Shown here piece after piece: positions 46,943-56,565 of a stretch of 64,000 bases of DNA. The number at the start of each line of letters is the position of its first letter. Positions within the stretch are counted from its first letter, which is position 1. The stretch is from an uncultured delta proteobacterium. Lineage in GTDB: Bacteria > Myxococcota_A > Polyangia > Fen-1088. A program made the position numbers and the translations under genes. The stretch covers positions 1,216,001-1,280,000 of the forward strand of contig CAWCMR010000025.1 of NCBI GenBank assembly GCA_963796685.1. The letters are read 5' to 3'. The notes under the pieces were generated by a model. That model did not search any database, was not told the origin of the DNA, and was given only the letters and a program-made list of their open reading frames with translations.

Positions 46943-47667
46943 TTGAGCCTCCGCGCAATGGCCTCAAGGACAGCCTTGGGCGCGAGGTGCCCGGTGTGGA
47001 GCGGCGGCCACGTGTAAGGGTAGCCAGAATACTCAGCGCCATCGACTGCTTGTGCTTCTTGAGAAACGATCTGATGGACCCGTGTGCTCTTTCTGAGCGC
47101 TGTGAGGTCCACGCGCAGGTCGCCGATGCCTCCACGCAAATCGGGTGTTAGGTGAAACATCTCGAATGAGGCTGTTTCGGGTACGATGTTAGCGTTGCGG
47201 GCAGTTTCCAGGTGCGTCCGTGTCAAATGCGCATCGGACTGTGCAAGGAAGTTGACATATTCGGCCCCGCTCGTGGCGACGTCCCAGAAGACATACTCGG
47301 CGATGGCCGGATGGCGCACCTGAGCGGCTAGAGTGGCGCCGAACCGTACGCCGCAGAGGTAGACCTGGCTGGCTCCGGATAGTGCTATTCCCTCCTCGAT
47401 GGCGTCGCGCACATCCTCCAGCCAGGTCTGCACGGTGGCTTCTTCCAGAAGCCCCCAAGACTCTCCGGTTCCGAAGTAGTCAAAGCGAAAAACGTGAGTT
47501 CCCGCTGCTGCGCAGCCCCTAGCCAGGTCGCCCAGCGCCTTGTAGCAGCGTCGGTACTCGTCGAACAAGGGTGAGCAGATAACGAGAAGGCGATCGGAGG
47601 CAATATCGTGAGCGGGGTGGTAGCACCCGAACAATCGGCCCTTGCTAAAAAACGCGGCTTCCAGCAT
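46939..47667 (-). CDS. Alpha/beta-hydrolase-fold protein (exosortase-associated hydrolase 2-like), Arg at the elbow
   Basis: LFGCYHPA, PLFDEY, RFDYFGTGES, GVRFGATLA, VFWD. Confidence 0.78.
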   Translation of the reverse strand: MLEAAFFSKGRLFGCYHPAHDIASDRLLVICSPLFDEYRRCYKALGDLARGCAAAGTHVFRFDYFGTGESWGLLEEATVQTWLEDVRDAIEEGIALSGASQVYLCGVRFGATLAAQVRHPAIAEYVFWDVATSGAEYVNFLAQSDAHLTRTHLETARNANIVPETASFEMFHLTPDLRGGIGDLRVDLTALRKSTRVHQIVSQEAQAVDGAEYSGYPYTWPPLHTGHLAPKAVLEAIARRLK

Positions 47668-47677
47668 GGATAGCCTT

Positions 47678-48151
47678 CTATCCGAAAAGCCCGCGCCACA
47701 AGGGCTTTCTCTCGGTATCAGGCGGGCTCGGTTGAGCGAAAGTGTCCGCCGGAATCGGTGCCTCTTCGGGAGTCCCGCGAAGATAGGGTTGAAGCAGCTT
47801 CCCGATGTTTCTCCACAGCTCGCTCAACGCCTGGGTTTGTTGCTCGAAGGTCAGCGAGGTCCAATCTTCGACCTGAAGCCGAGGACGCAAGAGCGACTGC
47901 AGGCAGACCTCTCGGCGGTTGCGGACAAAGCTTGAGCGCAGCATCTCGTGACACTCGACCAGGGCATCCAAGTATCGGCTCAGAAAGGGCGCATCCAAGG
48001 GTTCCTCGATCCGAACGGAGATTGCCTCATTGAACGCCGTGTTGGCCTCGTCACCGAACCACTCTGACGCAAGGATCTCGCGCTGAGGTGCGGTGGTGGG
48101 ACACAGACGGAGAATCTCGCCCGCCGCGAAGGGATTGAATTCTTCACTCAT
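47678..48151 (-). pseudogene. Internally deleted paralog of the NRPS at 33569 (about 116 N-terminal aa fused in frame to about 40 C-terminal aa)
   Basis: MSEEFNPFAAGEILRLCPTTAPQ...LWRNI then LQPYL.G.PE...RKPLWRGLFG, versus MSGEFNPFAAGEILRLCPTTAPQ...LWRNI and LAPYLAGHPE...RKPLWRRLFS. Confidence 0.88.
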
Positions 48152-48289
48152 GGCCTACCCATTTGCAGGTATCTGCGTTGGCTGTTGTGATTGTCCCGGT
48201 CGGCATGATGAGAACCACCTTGCTGTAGTCCTTTGTGAGAATGACCCGTTCGGTCAATGGCACCCGCCTGCCGGACTGTGAACCGCAAC

Positions 48290-49615
48290 CTACGCCTTGA
48301 CTAGACGCCTCAGGCTGCCGCCCTGACCTTTCATCAGGGGTGCGATCATGTTGCGCGAATCGACGACCAGCTTCACACCTCGATACAGCGCGGGATCCTT
48401 GAACTCGTCATGGGCGGTCGCCACGACCACGGCATCGAACTCGGCGAAAGCCTCAGCCGTGCATGGAATCGACCGCAGCGCGAAGTCGTACTTGCGCATG
48501 TGAGGCATCTCGGGAAAGTACGGATCGCAGTACTGCACGAGCGCACCCGCTTCCGTTAGCTGTTCCATCAGCTCGAACGAGGGCGATTCGCGAGGGTCAT
48601 CGATGTTTGCCTTGTAAGAAAGACCGAGCAGCAGCACGCGAGAGCCCTTGAGTGCCTTGCCGTCCTCGTTCAGCGCGGCTGCGACCCGCGAGACCACGAA
48701 GCGCGGCATCTGCGTGTTGATCTCGCCCGCAAGCTCGATGAACCGCGTCCATATTCCGTGCTCCGCCGCTTTCCAAGACAGATAGAAGGGGTCGAGCGGG
48801 ATGCAGTGTCCACCCAATCCTGGGCCGGGATAGAACGGCATGTAGCCGAAGGGCTTCGTGCTCGCCGCTGCGATCACCTCCCAAACGTCGATGCCCATGG
48901 TCAAGAACGTCATCTTGAGCTCGTTCACCAGTGCGATGTTGACCGAGCGGAAAATATTCTCGAGCAGCTTGGTCGATTCCGCGACCCGCGAGTGGGAAAC
49001 CTGCACGACGCGGTCTAGGCCCGCACGGTACAGGGCGACCGCCACCTCGGTCGATTCGGCATTGATGCCACCCACGACTTTGGGAATGGTTCGCGTCGAG
49101 AAGTTTTGGTTCCCGGGATCCTCCCGCTCGGGCGAGAAGGCAAGGAAGAAGTCTGCTGGCGACTTGAGACCACTCTCTTCGAGGATGGGCAACACTTCCT
49201 CGTCCGTCGTGCCTGGATAGGTCGTGGACTCTAGCACCACCAGCTGTCCGCGCCGCAGGCGTCGCGCGATGTCCCGCGCGGTGGCGTGAATGTATGAGTT
49301 GTCCGGCTCGCGATGCTTTCCCAGCGGCGTCGGGACGCAGATCAGAATGGCATCACACTCGCTCAACCGACCGAAGTCCGAGGTCGCAGAAAAGCCCCCG
49401 CTGCGGACAGCAGCCGCGACTCTTTGGGGACCGACATGCTTGATGTAGGACTCACCTTTGCCCAAGGCCTCGATCTTCTTGCTGTCGACATCGAACCCGA
49501 TGACCTTGAACCCAGCCTCCCAGAACACAAGCGCGAGGGGCAGCCCCACATAGCCTTGACCAATGACACCAACTACAGCCGACTTCGCAACGATCTTATC
49601 CATCAAGGGAATCAT
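48290..49615 (-). CDS. Nucleotide-sugar 6-dehydrogenase (UDP-GlcNAc dehydrogenase, WbpA/WecC-like)
   Basis: GQGYVGLP, CVPTP, ESTTYPGTT, FSPERE, KLLEN, GGHCIPLDP, DPRESP. Confidence 0.93.
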   Translation of the reverse strand: MIPLMDKIVAKSAVVGVIGQGYVGLPLALVFWEAGFKVIGFDVDSKKIEALGKGESYIKHVGPQRVAAAVRSGGFSATSDFGRLSECDAILICVPTPLGKHREPDNSYIHATARDIARRLRRGQLVVLESTTYPGTTDEEVLPILEESGLKSPADFFLAFSPEREDPGNQNFSTRTIPKVVGGINAESTEVAVALYRAGLDRVVQVSHSRVAESTKLLENIFRSVNIALVNELKMTFLTMGIDVWEVIAAASTKPFGYMPFYPGPGLGGHCIPLDPFYLSWKAAEHGIWTRFIELAGEINTQMPRFVVSRVAAALNEDGKALKGSRVLLLGLSYKANIDDPRESPSFELMEQLTEAGALVQYCDPYFPEMPHMRKYDFALRSIPCTAEAFAEFDAVVVATAHDEFKDPALYRGVKLVVDSRNMIAPLMKGQGGSLRRLVKA

Positions 49616-49680
49616 GTCTTCTCCAACCTATAGGAAATGCCAACGTACACAGACGTACGGGACATCAAGATATCATGGGG

Positions 49681-50688
49681 TCATACCTTGAAGTAGTCTC
49701 GGTACCAAGAAATGAACCGGCCTATGCCATCGATGATCGAGGTCGAGGGGCGGTAGCCGAACTGCTCGACGAGGTCGTCGACATTGGCAAAGGTATCGGG
49801 AACATCTCCCGCCTGCAGGGGAAGCAATTCCATCTTCGCCTTTTTGCCCAGGGCGTTCTCGATCGCAGCGATGTAGTCGGTAAGCTGGACCGGGTTGTTG
49901 TTGCCGATGTTGTAGACCCGCCAGGGTGCCCGACTGGTCCCGGGGTCGGGCGAGTCACCGTTCCATTGCGGGTTGGGCGGCGCGGGTCGGTCGAGAACGC
50001 GAACGATCCCCTCGACGATGTCGTCGATATAGGTGAAGTCACGTCGATGCTTGCCAAAATTGAAGACCTGAATAGGCTCGTCCGCGAGAATGGCCTTGGT
50101 GAACTTGAAGAGTGCCATGTCGGGGCGCCCCCAAGGGCCGTACACGGTGAAAAAGCGCAATCCGGTGGTGGGCAGGCCATAGAGGTGACTGTACGTATGG
50201 GCCATCAGCTCGTTGGCCTTTTTGCTCGCTGCGTAGAGGCTGAGCGGATGGTCAACATTCTGGTGGATCGAGAAGGGCATCGCGGTGTTTGCCCCGTAGA
50301 CACTCGAGCTGCTGGCGTACACGAGGTGCTCGACACCGTGGTGTCTGCAGCCCTCGAGAATATGCGTGAAACCGACGATGTTGCTATTGATGTAGGCCAG
50401 CGGGTTGTCGATGGAGTATCTCACCCCAGCCTGAGCAGCGAGATTGACCACCCGCTGCGGTTTGACCTTGGCGAAGGCCTCCATGATGGCAGTTTTGTCC
50501 GCTAGGTCGAGCCGCAGGTGCGCGTAATTCGGATGCGCTAGGAATCTGGCAACGCGCGCTTCCTTGATCGCCGGGTCATAGTAGTTGTTATGGTTGTCAA
50601 TGCCGACGACCCTGTCCCCGCGCGCAAGGAGACGCATTGCGAGCGCCGAACCAATAAAACCTGCTGTTCCTGTGACACAAACTATCAT
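49681..50688 (-). CDS. NAD-dependent epimerase (UDP-glucuronate 4-epimerase type)
   Basis: [44 protein letters not shown]. Confidence 0.93.
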   Translation of the reverse strand: MIVCVTGTAGFIGSALAMRLLARGDRVVGIDNHNNYYDPAIKEARVARFLAHPNYAHLRLDLADKTAIMEAFAKVKPQRVVNLAAQAGVRYSIDNPLAYINSNIVGFTHILEGCRHHGVEHLVYASSSSVYGANTAMPFSIHQNVDHPLSLYAASKKANELMAHTYSHLYGLPTTGLRFFTVYGPWGRPDMALFKFTKAILADEPIQVFNFGKHRRDFTYIDDIVEGIVRVLDRPAPPNPQWNGDSPDPGTSRAPWRVYNIGNNNPVQLTDYIAAIENALGKKAKMELLPLQAGDVPDTFANVDDLVEQFGYRPSTSIIDGIGRFISWYRDYFKV

Positions 50689-50907
50689 GCGTTTTCCTGC
50701 TGGGGAATTTGGCCCGTAAGATATCCGCTTCTTGACTCACTGTCAGTAGATTCCGCGCGGTGAATGCGGCCACGACAAAACCCGCAGGGAGGTCTGTTTC
50801 GTCCGGCAGTGCAAGAAGCCGTGGTTCTAGGCCTCATGCCGCGCTAGTCTCGCTGCTCTTGTTTACTTGAATACACGCAACCCACACGGCCCTGGTACCG
50901 ATAACCT

Positions 50908-51230
50908 CTAAGGAAGCCAGGAAAGCAGGAAGAAGGAGGACAAGCTGTGAGTCCAGTACTCCCGACAGGACAAGCAGATGGGACTCGAGCATGGGGAACT
51001 AACCGGCAGTGTCATCAGCGCTGCGATCGAGGTCCACAAGGCACTTGGCCCGGGATTCCTGGAGTCGGTCTACGAGAACGCCCTCGCCTTCGAGCTTGCG
51101 GCGCGTGGTATTCCGCTTCGGTCGGCAGCTAGCCGTGCCGATCTTGTATCGCGGCAGTGAGATTGGGCTTCATCGGCTGGACCTGCTCGTGGCCAGGTCG
51201 TACCCATTCCTGCCTTCCTGCCTTCCTTAG
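50908..51230 (+). mobile_element. Inverted-repeat-bounded unit carrying a truncated, frameshifted GxxExxY gene (starts 50978)
   Basis: [29 protein letters not shown]...RLDLLV. Flanks CTAAGGAAGCCAGGAAAGCAGGAA (50908-31) and a 22/24 reverse complement at 51207-30. Mobility is inferred. Confidence 0.6.
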
Positions 51231-51328
51231 CGATCCCTTCTCCCGGCTTGACATTGCTAGCCGGTCGCCTGGAATATCCTCGCTCCGAGCGATCGATTGA
51301 GAACTTGGTTTGGACGGAGGAGCTGACC

Positions 51329-52138
51329 ATGGAACCATCTGAGAGGGGTGCCCTGACGAAAGGCAAGCAGTCGCGGGGATTCGTGGCCCCCATCGTTCGG
51401 CCGCCCGAACTGTCCGAGCGCTCGGACAGCTCGAAGATCGCGAAGCATGGACCTGCCGACGGTGACCCTGCTCCTGGCAAAGACCCGCGGAAGACCGTGG
51501 ATCGGAAGCAGGTGGAGGAGGCTGCGACGTGGATCAGCGCAAAGATAGCCGCCACCCTCAAGCGCGGCGCCCACGAGGTGGGAGAGTACCTGCTCGACAG
51601 ATTTTTCCGTGATGACCCCGAGCTTGCAAAATCGAGAAACCCCCACAAGAACGCATCTTTCCGCGCCCTGGCCGAGAAGTGCGGAACCCCGGAGCTACCG
51701 GTCTCGAAGACCTGGCTGAACAATGCGGTCGGTCTCGCTGCCCTGGTCCGGCAGCTTCCCGACACGGCCAAGGCCTTCAAGGAGCTTCCGCCGTCGTTCC
51801 AGGAGAGCCTTCTGCCCCTCCGAGATCCAGCGAAAGTCGAGAAGATGGCGAGGCACGCGATCGCGAAGCAGCTGTCGTTCCGAATGCTGCGGCAGGCGGT
51901 CGCCGAGGAGCGTTCCAAGCTGCCCAAGGGCGAGCCGAGGGGCCGCCACGCGATGCCCGTCGTTCTCAGGACCCTCAGCGGTTCTCTCAGGCTCCTCGCC
52001 TTCGCGGGAGGCAAGCGGTTGTTCACCAAGGCCGACCTTGACGAGCTGGACGAGGAGCAACGGAAGGAAGCGCTCGCCTCCGCCGAGCACATGATCGAGA
52101 GACTCGAGGACCTGGTTGGTCAGCTCAAAGAGGCGTGA
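51329..52138 (+). CDS. Hypothetical helical protein
   Basis: Long ORF with GGAGGAG RBS and GC-rich third positions. No recognised motif. Confidence 0.65.
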   Translation: MEPSERGALTKGKQSRGFVAPIVRPPELSERSDSSKIAKHGPADGDPAPGKDPRKTVDRKQVEEAATWISAKIAATLKRGAHEVGEYLLDRFFRDDPELAKSRNPHKNASFRALAEKCGTPELPVSKTWLNNAVGLAALVRQLPDTAKAFKELPPSFQESLLPLRDPAKVEKMARHAIAKQLSFRMLRQAVAEERSKLPKGEPRGRHAMPVVLRTLSGSLRLLAFAGGKRLFTKADLDELDEEQRKEALASAEHMIERLEDLVGQLKEA

Positions 52139-52347
52139 AGACTGCCGCCTCCTGTTGGCTCCCCTCCCAATGTCGCTCCGCGTTCTAAGAAATGATACAC
52201 TGCGTCTAAGCGAATACGCCGACTACTCCGATAGCAAGGCCGGCCTTCACGAACGCGCGACGATCGCTCTTGCGCATGTCTTCTTGTAGCCCGCTCCGCC
52301 CGTCTCGTCTTTATAGCACACTATGGCAACATTGTTACTAAATTGAT

Positions 52348-52713
52348 GTGGGTCACCGGTGCGGAGGCGGATTCGTGTTTTCTGTCTTTTCTTCCACGGC
52401 TGGCCCCAGAAGTGATAGCGTTCAATCATCGGGATATGTCGCTTTGACAAACCGAAACCAAGAGCCAGGTCGCGTGAGGAGCGCCGAGGTGAAACCAGCG
52501 GTCGTGGTGAGACCAAGTTGGGTTTCATTCGTTGGGCCTGACAGTTGGCTGGGCAAGCTGTGGTGTCGCATTCGACTGGGCATCGTTCAAGACGTTCCAG
52601 CGAACCTTGATGAGTGCGAGCGCTGCAAAGAGGTGAACTGCACACAAGAGCGCTGGGAGACCTGTGCCAGGCGACTGCAGGGAATGAAGGATCGGGCCGC
52701 TCGCTTCGAATAG
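52348..52713 (+). CDS. Small hypothetical Cys-containing protein (start uncertain)
   Basis: C-terminal CERC...C...C cluster. Weak support. Confidence 0.3.
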   Translation: MGHRCGGGFVFSVFSSTAGPRSDSVQSSGYVALTNRNQEPGRVRSAEVKPAVVVRPSWVSFVGPDSWLGKLWCRIRLGIVQDVPANLDECERCKEVNCTQERWETCARRLQGMKDRAARFE

Positions 52714-52741
52714 CGCACTCGGTTGTACCCACAAGATGCCC

Positions 52742-52962
52742 TCAGAGGCTAGGCGACCGTGGTGCTTGGTCTTTGGTGCGACAAAGCCGTCACCCGTTTC
52801 CAATGGCCCGAGCGTCCAAAATGTCCGGCCACGGCCACGGCCACGGTGACGTCTACGGCCACGACCACCTTTCGTCGCCCTGCCAGGCGAGAGGCTTAGC
52901 CTTGGAATGGGTCCTTTAGCCTGGCGCCTCGCGACGTCGCTCAGCTTGTCGCGGAATTACGG
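52742..52962 (+). repeat. Dispersed repeat of about 220 bp, uninterrupted form, containing (GGCCAC)n
   Basis: Contiguous equivalent of parts A (20021-20081) and B (19197-19374). Confidence 0.85.
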
Positions 52963-53046
52963 AGACACTTTTGCGCCCTTGTGATCGGTCGCCACTTTCG
53001 GCAGTATGCGCATGCCGGCTCTGCCGGCTCGGGATTGGGCAATGCC

Positions 53047-54701
53047 ATGAGTGAGACGCATAGCGTTTTTTTGGAGGTTATCGGCGGAGACGGAGAAGGA
53101 CGCCCGCCCATGCGCGTGCGCCTGAGGTCATGCACCAGTGTCGGCCGCGACGAGGACAACGACATCAGTTTCGGGGACACGATGTTGTCCCGTCGCCATG
53201 CCGAGTTTCGCCAGCGCAGCGGTCTGTTCTACGTCGTGGATCTGGATAGCTCGAACGGTACCTACGTCAACAGCGTCCGTGTTCACGGCGAGCGTGGCCT
53301 CGCCGACGGGGATGTGGTCACCGTGGGGGGAACTCCGCTCGTCTTTCGCGAGGCCGAGCTTCCCGCCCCGAGCGAGACGGCCAACCGTGGTGTCGTAAGG
53401 GCGGGCTCATGGACGATCTTACTCCATGCGCTGTGCGGAGGGTCATCGACGTCGCGGACCTGGCGCGCGAAGATCGTGGGCTGGGCGTGGTCTGCCAGGC
53501 GACCAATGCCTTGGTCGCGAATTATCCTCTGCCCGAGCTCTTGGACCGGGTTTTGGAGGCAATTCTCGATGCGATTCCCGCCCAGCGTGCGGCCATCATG
53601 CTTCTCGAGGGTCGGCCCCCCGCGCCCACCCTGAAAGCCATGCGTACGCGTGACGGGGCGGATATGGGGGCGATCAGGCAGGATATCGTCAACCGCGCAC
53701 TCGAGGGTCGTGAAGCCTTTCTGGACCGCGATGTATTCGAGAAGACTGCCGTGCGCAACCTCGGCGCCACCCCGATTCGTTCCGTCATGTGCGCCCCTCT
53801 GCGGTCGACCTCGAACGGAAAAGACCACGGTCGGGTTTTGGGAATGATCTATGTGGACAACCAAAGTGACCGTCCGCCGCTGACCGATCGGGATCTTCAC
53901 ATCTTCATCATGATGGCGAACATCACGGCGACGAAGATTGAAAACGCGCGGCTGCTCGAAGAAAACCTGCACAAGCAACGTATCGAAGAGGACATGCGAC
54001 TGGCGGCGCAGATCCAGTCGGATTTGCTACCACGCAGCTCGCCCGTGGTTGCGGGATACCGGGTGTACGGGACGACCGAGCCCTGCCGCATGGTGGGCGG
54101 TGATTATTTCGACTTCGCACAAGATGGCCAAAGCCTGCACATGGCACTGGCCGATGTTTCCGGCAAGGGCACCGGCGCGGCCATGCTGATGGTCGCACTG
54201 CGGGCCACGGTCCGCGCACACTGGCGCGACGGCACCCTGACCGAAGCCACCTCGCGAATCAACCGGACGTTTCATCAGACCGTGCCGGCGGACAAGTACG
54301 CGACCTGCTTCCTGGCCCGACTGGATACGCCCAGCGGTTGCCTGGACTACGTCAATGCGGGCCACAATCGGCCGTTGCTGATACGACCGAACGGCCAATG
54401 GTGCCGTCTCGAAGCAGGGGGAACCGTCCTTGGTGCCTTTCCCGAGACGACCTACGAGCAGGGCACGGTCGTGTTGGAGCCGGGAGGTTGCCTGCTTGTG
54501 TTCTCGGACGGCGTAAGTGACGCATGGAGCGATCACGACGAGGCCGATCGCCAGCTAGTGAGCCTCGTGTTGGCACGCAAGCAGGGAGAGGCGGCTGCAC
54601 TTCGCACCGAGATCTTCCGCGCTGGGGATCGGGCCAACGATGACCGGACCTTGATCATTTTGGAACGGGTTTCCGGTGACGCTCCCCAGTCGCCAGTTTG
54701 A
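53047..54701 (+). CDS. FHA-GAF-SpoIIE/PP2C phosphatase, frameshifted near 53400 (or two overlapping ORFs)
   Basis: FHA: VGRD, SRRHA, SSNGT. GAF: SVMCAPL..GMIYVD. PP2C: VGGDYFD, DVSGKG, NAGH, FSDG, DDRT. Confidence 0.8.
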
Positions 54702-54752
54702 CCCACGGCTGATTCGCAACGAACAGTAGGCTGATGGCACGGCTGCTCTCCA

Positions 54753-55295
54753 ATGACACACCGCATGTGTGACCGATTGCTGGATATAAGCGTGATTGAA
54801 TTTCCCCGCTCAAACGGCTGCAACGTCATCTGCATGGAAGTGCCCGGCAGAATCGAGTGTAGGAATATGCTGCTGCGCACGGTGTCCGCCGCTTGCAAGT
54901 TGGTCTTGCCAAGCGTCCGCACGCGGAATTCGCCTAGCTTCGAGCTCACGGATCATGTCGTGTCCGCCGTGGGTGAAGCCTACAACAACATCGTCTTGCA
55001 TGGATACGCAGGGCGTGAACCTGACTCGATTCACATGCAGATCGAGAGTTGCTCTGAGTGGATGCGAGTCACCATCAAAGACCTGGGAACGAGCTTCGAC
55101 CCATTCCAAGTGGCATCTCCCGACTTGGACGCGCTTCCAGAGTCGGGCCTGGGCATCTTCATCATGCGCTCGTTCGTTGACGAGGTTACCTACCTGGCCG
55201 GACGGCCCAACACCTTGACCCTCTTGAAACGCCTTGACAAAGGCGGCGGGATGGGCTCATATGATGCTCCGCAATTATTGTCCAAGGCAGGGTAA
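54753..55295 (+). CDS. Anti-sigma factor / RsbW-like serine kinase
   Basis: AVGEAYNNIVLHGY, DLGTSFDP, ESGLGIFIMRSFVD. Confidence 0.88.
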   Translation: MTHRMCDRLLDISVIEFPRSNGCNVICMEVPGRIECRNMLLRTVSAACKLVLPSVRTRNSPSFELTDHVVSAVGEAYNNIVLHGYAGREPDSIHMQIESCSEWMRVTIKDLGTSFDPFQVASPDLDALPESGLGIFIMRSFVDEVTYLAGRPNTLTLLKRLDKGGGMGSYDAPQLLSKAG

Positions 55296-55328
55296 TGTAT
55301 TCCCCTGTTCACTATTAGTGAAAAAACC

Positions 55329-55640
55329 ATGCTCTTCAATCTCGACAAGCAGAATGGCACCTCAGTCCTTCGCATTGAAGGTGAGCTTGATGCTCTCTCG
55401 GTCGTCGACCTGAGACCGACCATAAGCGGGATTGGCGAAGAACAACCTCCCCGCGTACTCGTCGACCTTTCCCCTCTCCGTCTGATTGACAGCTCAGGAG
55501 TGGGGGCGGTCGTTGCTCTATTCAAAGTCGTCCGAGGCTACGGAGGCGACCTTTCCGTAGTCGGCGTTCGCGATCAGCCATTGGCCATACTCCGCCTTCT
55601 GCACCTCGACCGAGTCCTCATCCGAGACGCGGCTCCCTGA
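55329..55640 (+). CDS. STAS-domain anti-anti-sigma factor (RsbV/SpoIIAA-like)
   Basis: GELD, VDLS, IDSSGVG phosphoacceptor motif. Confidence 0.9.
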   Translation: MLFNLDKQNGTSVLRIEGELDALSVVDLRPTISGIGEEQPPRVLVDLSPLRLIDSSGVGAVVALFKVVRGYGGDLSVVGVRDQPLAILRLLHLDRVLIRDAAP

Positions 55641-55850
55641 CCCGCAGAATCGATCCGCCCTGACCTGGTGCCAACCCCTCGGCGCCTGGTCGCAAACGTT
55701 CGTGGTTGATAACGCGTGGGACAATGCCTGGTCGGGGGTTAGGGATGCCGGCATCAGCGATGGCTGGTGGGTGGCGGAACCTCCGAATGTCCGGTAACCT
55801 TACTCCGCTAGTGCCTAGCCTGACCTGGTGAACCAGACGGGGAATCGAGG

Positions 55851-56537
55851 ATGAAATCGGAACAAACTGCTATTGCTATCGTCGTGGCGGTTCTGGGCGC
55901 TCTCCTCCAGACACCTGCCCACGCCGCGCCAAGGAGCGCGGTCGGCCGTAAGCACGCGGCCAAAGCCAACCATCTCGCGGGGCAGAACCGCTGCAAGGCT
56001 GCCGTGCTCGAGTTCACCAAGGCATACCGGTTGCTCAAGGATCCCGTGTTGCTCTTCAACCGCGCCGAGTGCTACCGAACGATTGGCAAGGACACGCAGG
56101 CGATCGAGGATTATGTGCACTTTCTTGCCGAGATGCCCCAGGCGCCCAATCGGTCGACCGTCGAGTCTCGAATCGCGTCGTTAAGAACAAGAGCACCTGC
56201 CAAGGCAGCAGAGGCGCAAGCACCTCCCGGCGACACCAACGCCGAGAGGTGGGGGGATTTGGACACCACGCCTGCGGGCGAGGAGGGCCAGGCACCGGGC
56301 GCACGCTCCGTGGCGATTGGGACAGCCGCACGCGCAGTGCCCGAGCCTCAGGGTGCGGCGAGCTTGACCTCGCAGCCGCTTGTCCCAGAGCCGAAACAGG
56401 CCGGTGGAAATCATGCTTGGATATGGATCGGCACGGCGGTGGTGTTGGCCGGTGCGGGAGCCTTCGCGGCGTATCGGTACTGGCCGCGGCCCAAGACCGA
56501 CGTCCCCCAGACGCCACTTGGCAACTATGCCTTCTAG
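55851..56537 (+). CDS. Exported TPR-like protein with C-terminal TM segment
   Basis: Signal peptide, EFTKAY..PVLLFNRAECYR..AIEDY..FL, WIWIG TM. Confidence 0.75.
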   Translation: MKSEQTAIAIVVAVLGALLQTPAHAAPRSAVGRKHAAKANHLAGQNRCKAAVLEFTKAYRLLKDPVLLFNRAECYRTIGKDTQAIEDYVHFLAEMPQAPNRSTVESRIASLRTRAPAKAAEAQAPPGDTNAERWGDLDTTPAGEEGQAPGARSVAIGTAARAVPEPQGAASLTSQPLVPEPKQAGGNHAWIWIGTAVVLAGAGAFAAYRYWPRPKTDVPQTPLGNYAF

Positions 56538-56565
56538 TCACCACGAGGCAACCAAGGGGAACACG

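Noticed and set aside
46097-47667. Complete PEP-CTERM/exosortase system
   Set aside because: No exosortase or PEP-CTERM protein is visible in this window; only hydrolase homologs.
54725-54752. Sigma-54 promoter (TGGCACG) upstream of the anti-sigma gene
   Set aside because: No TTGC at the required -12 spacing.
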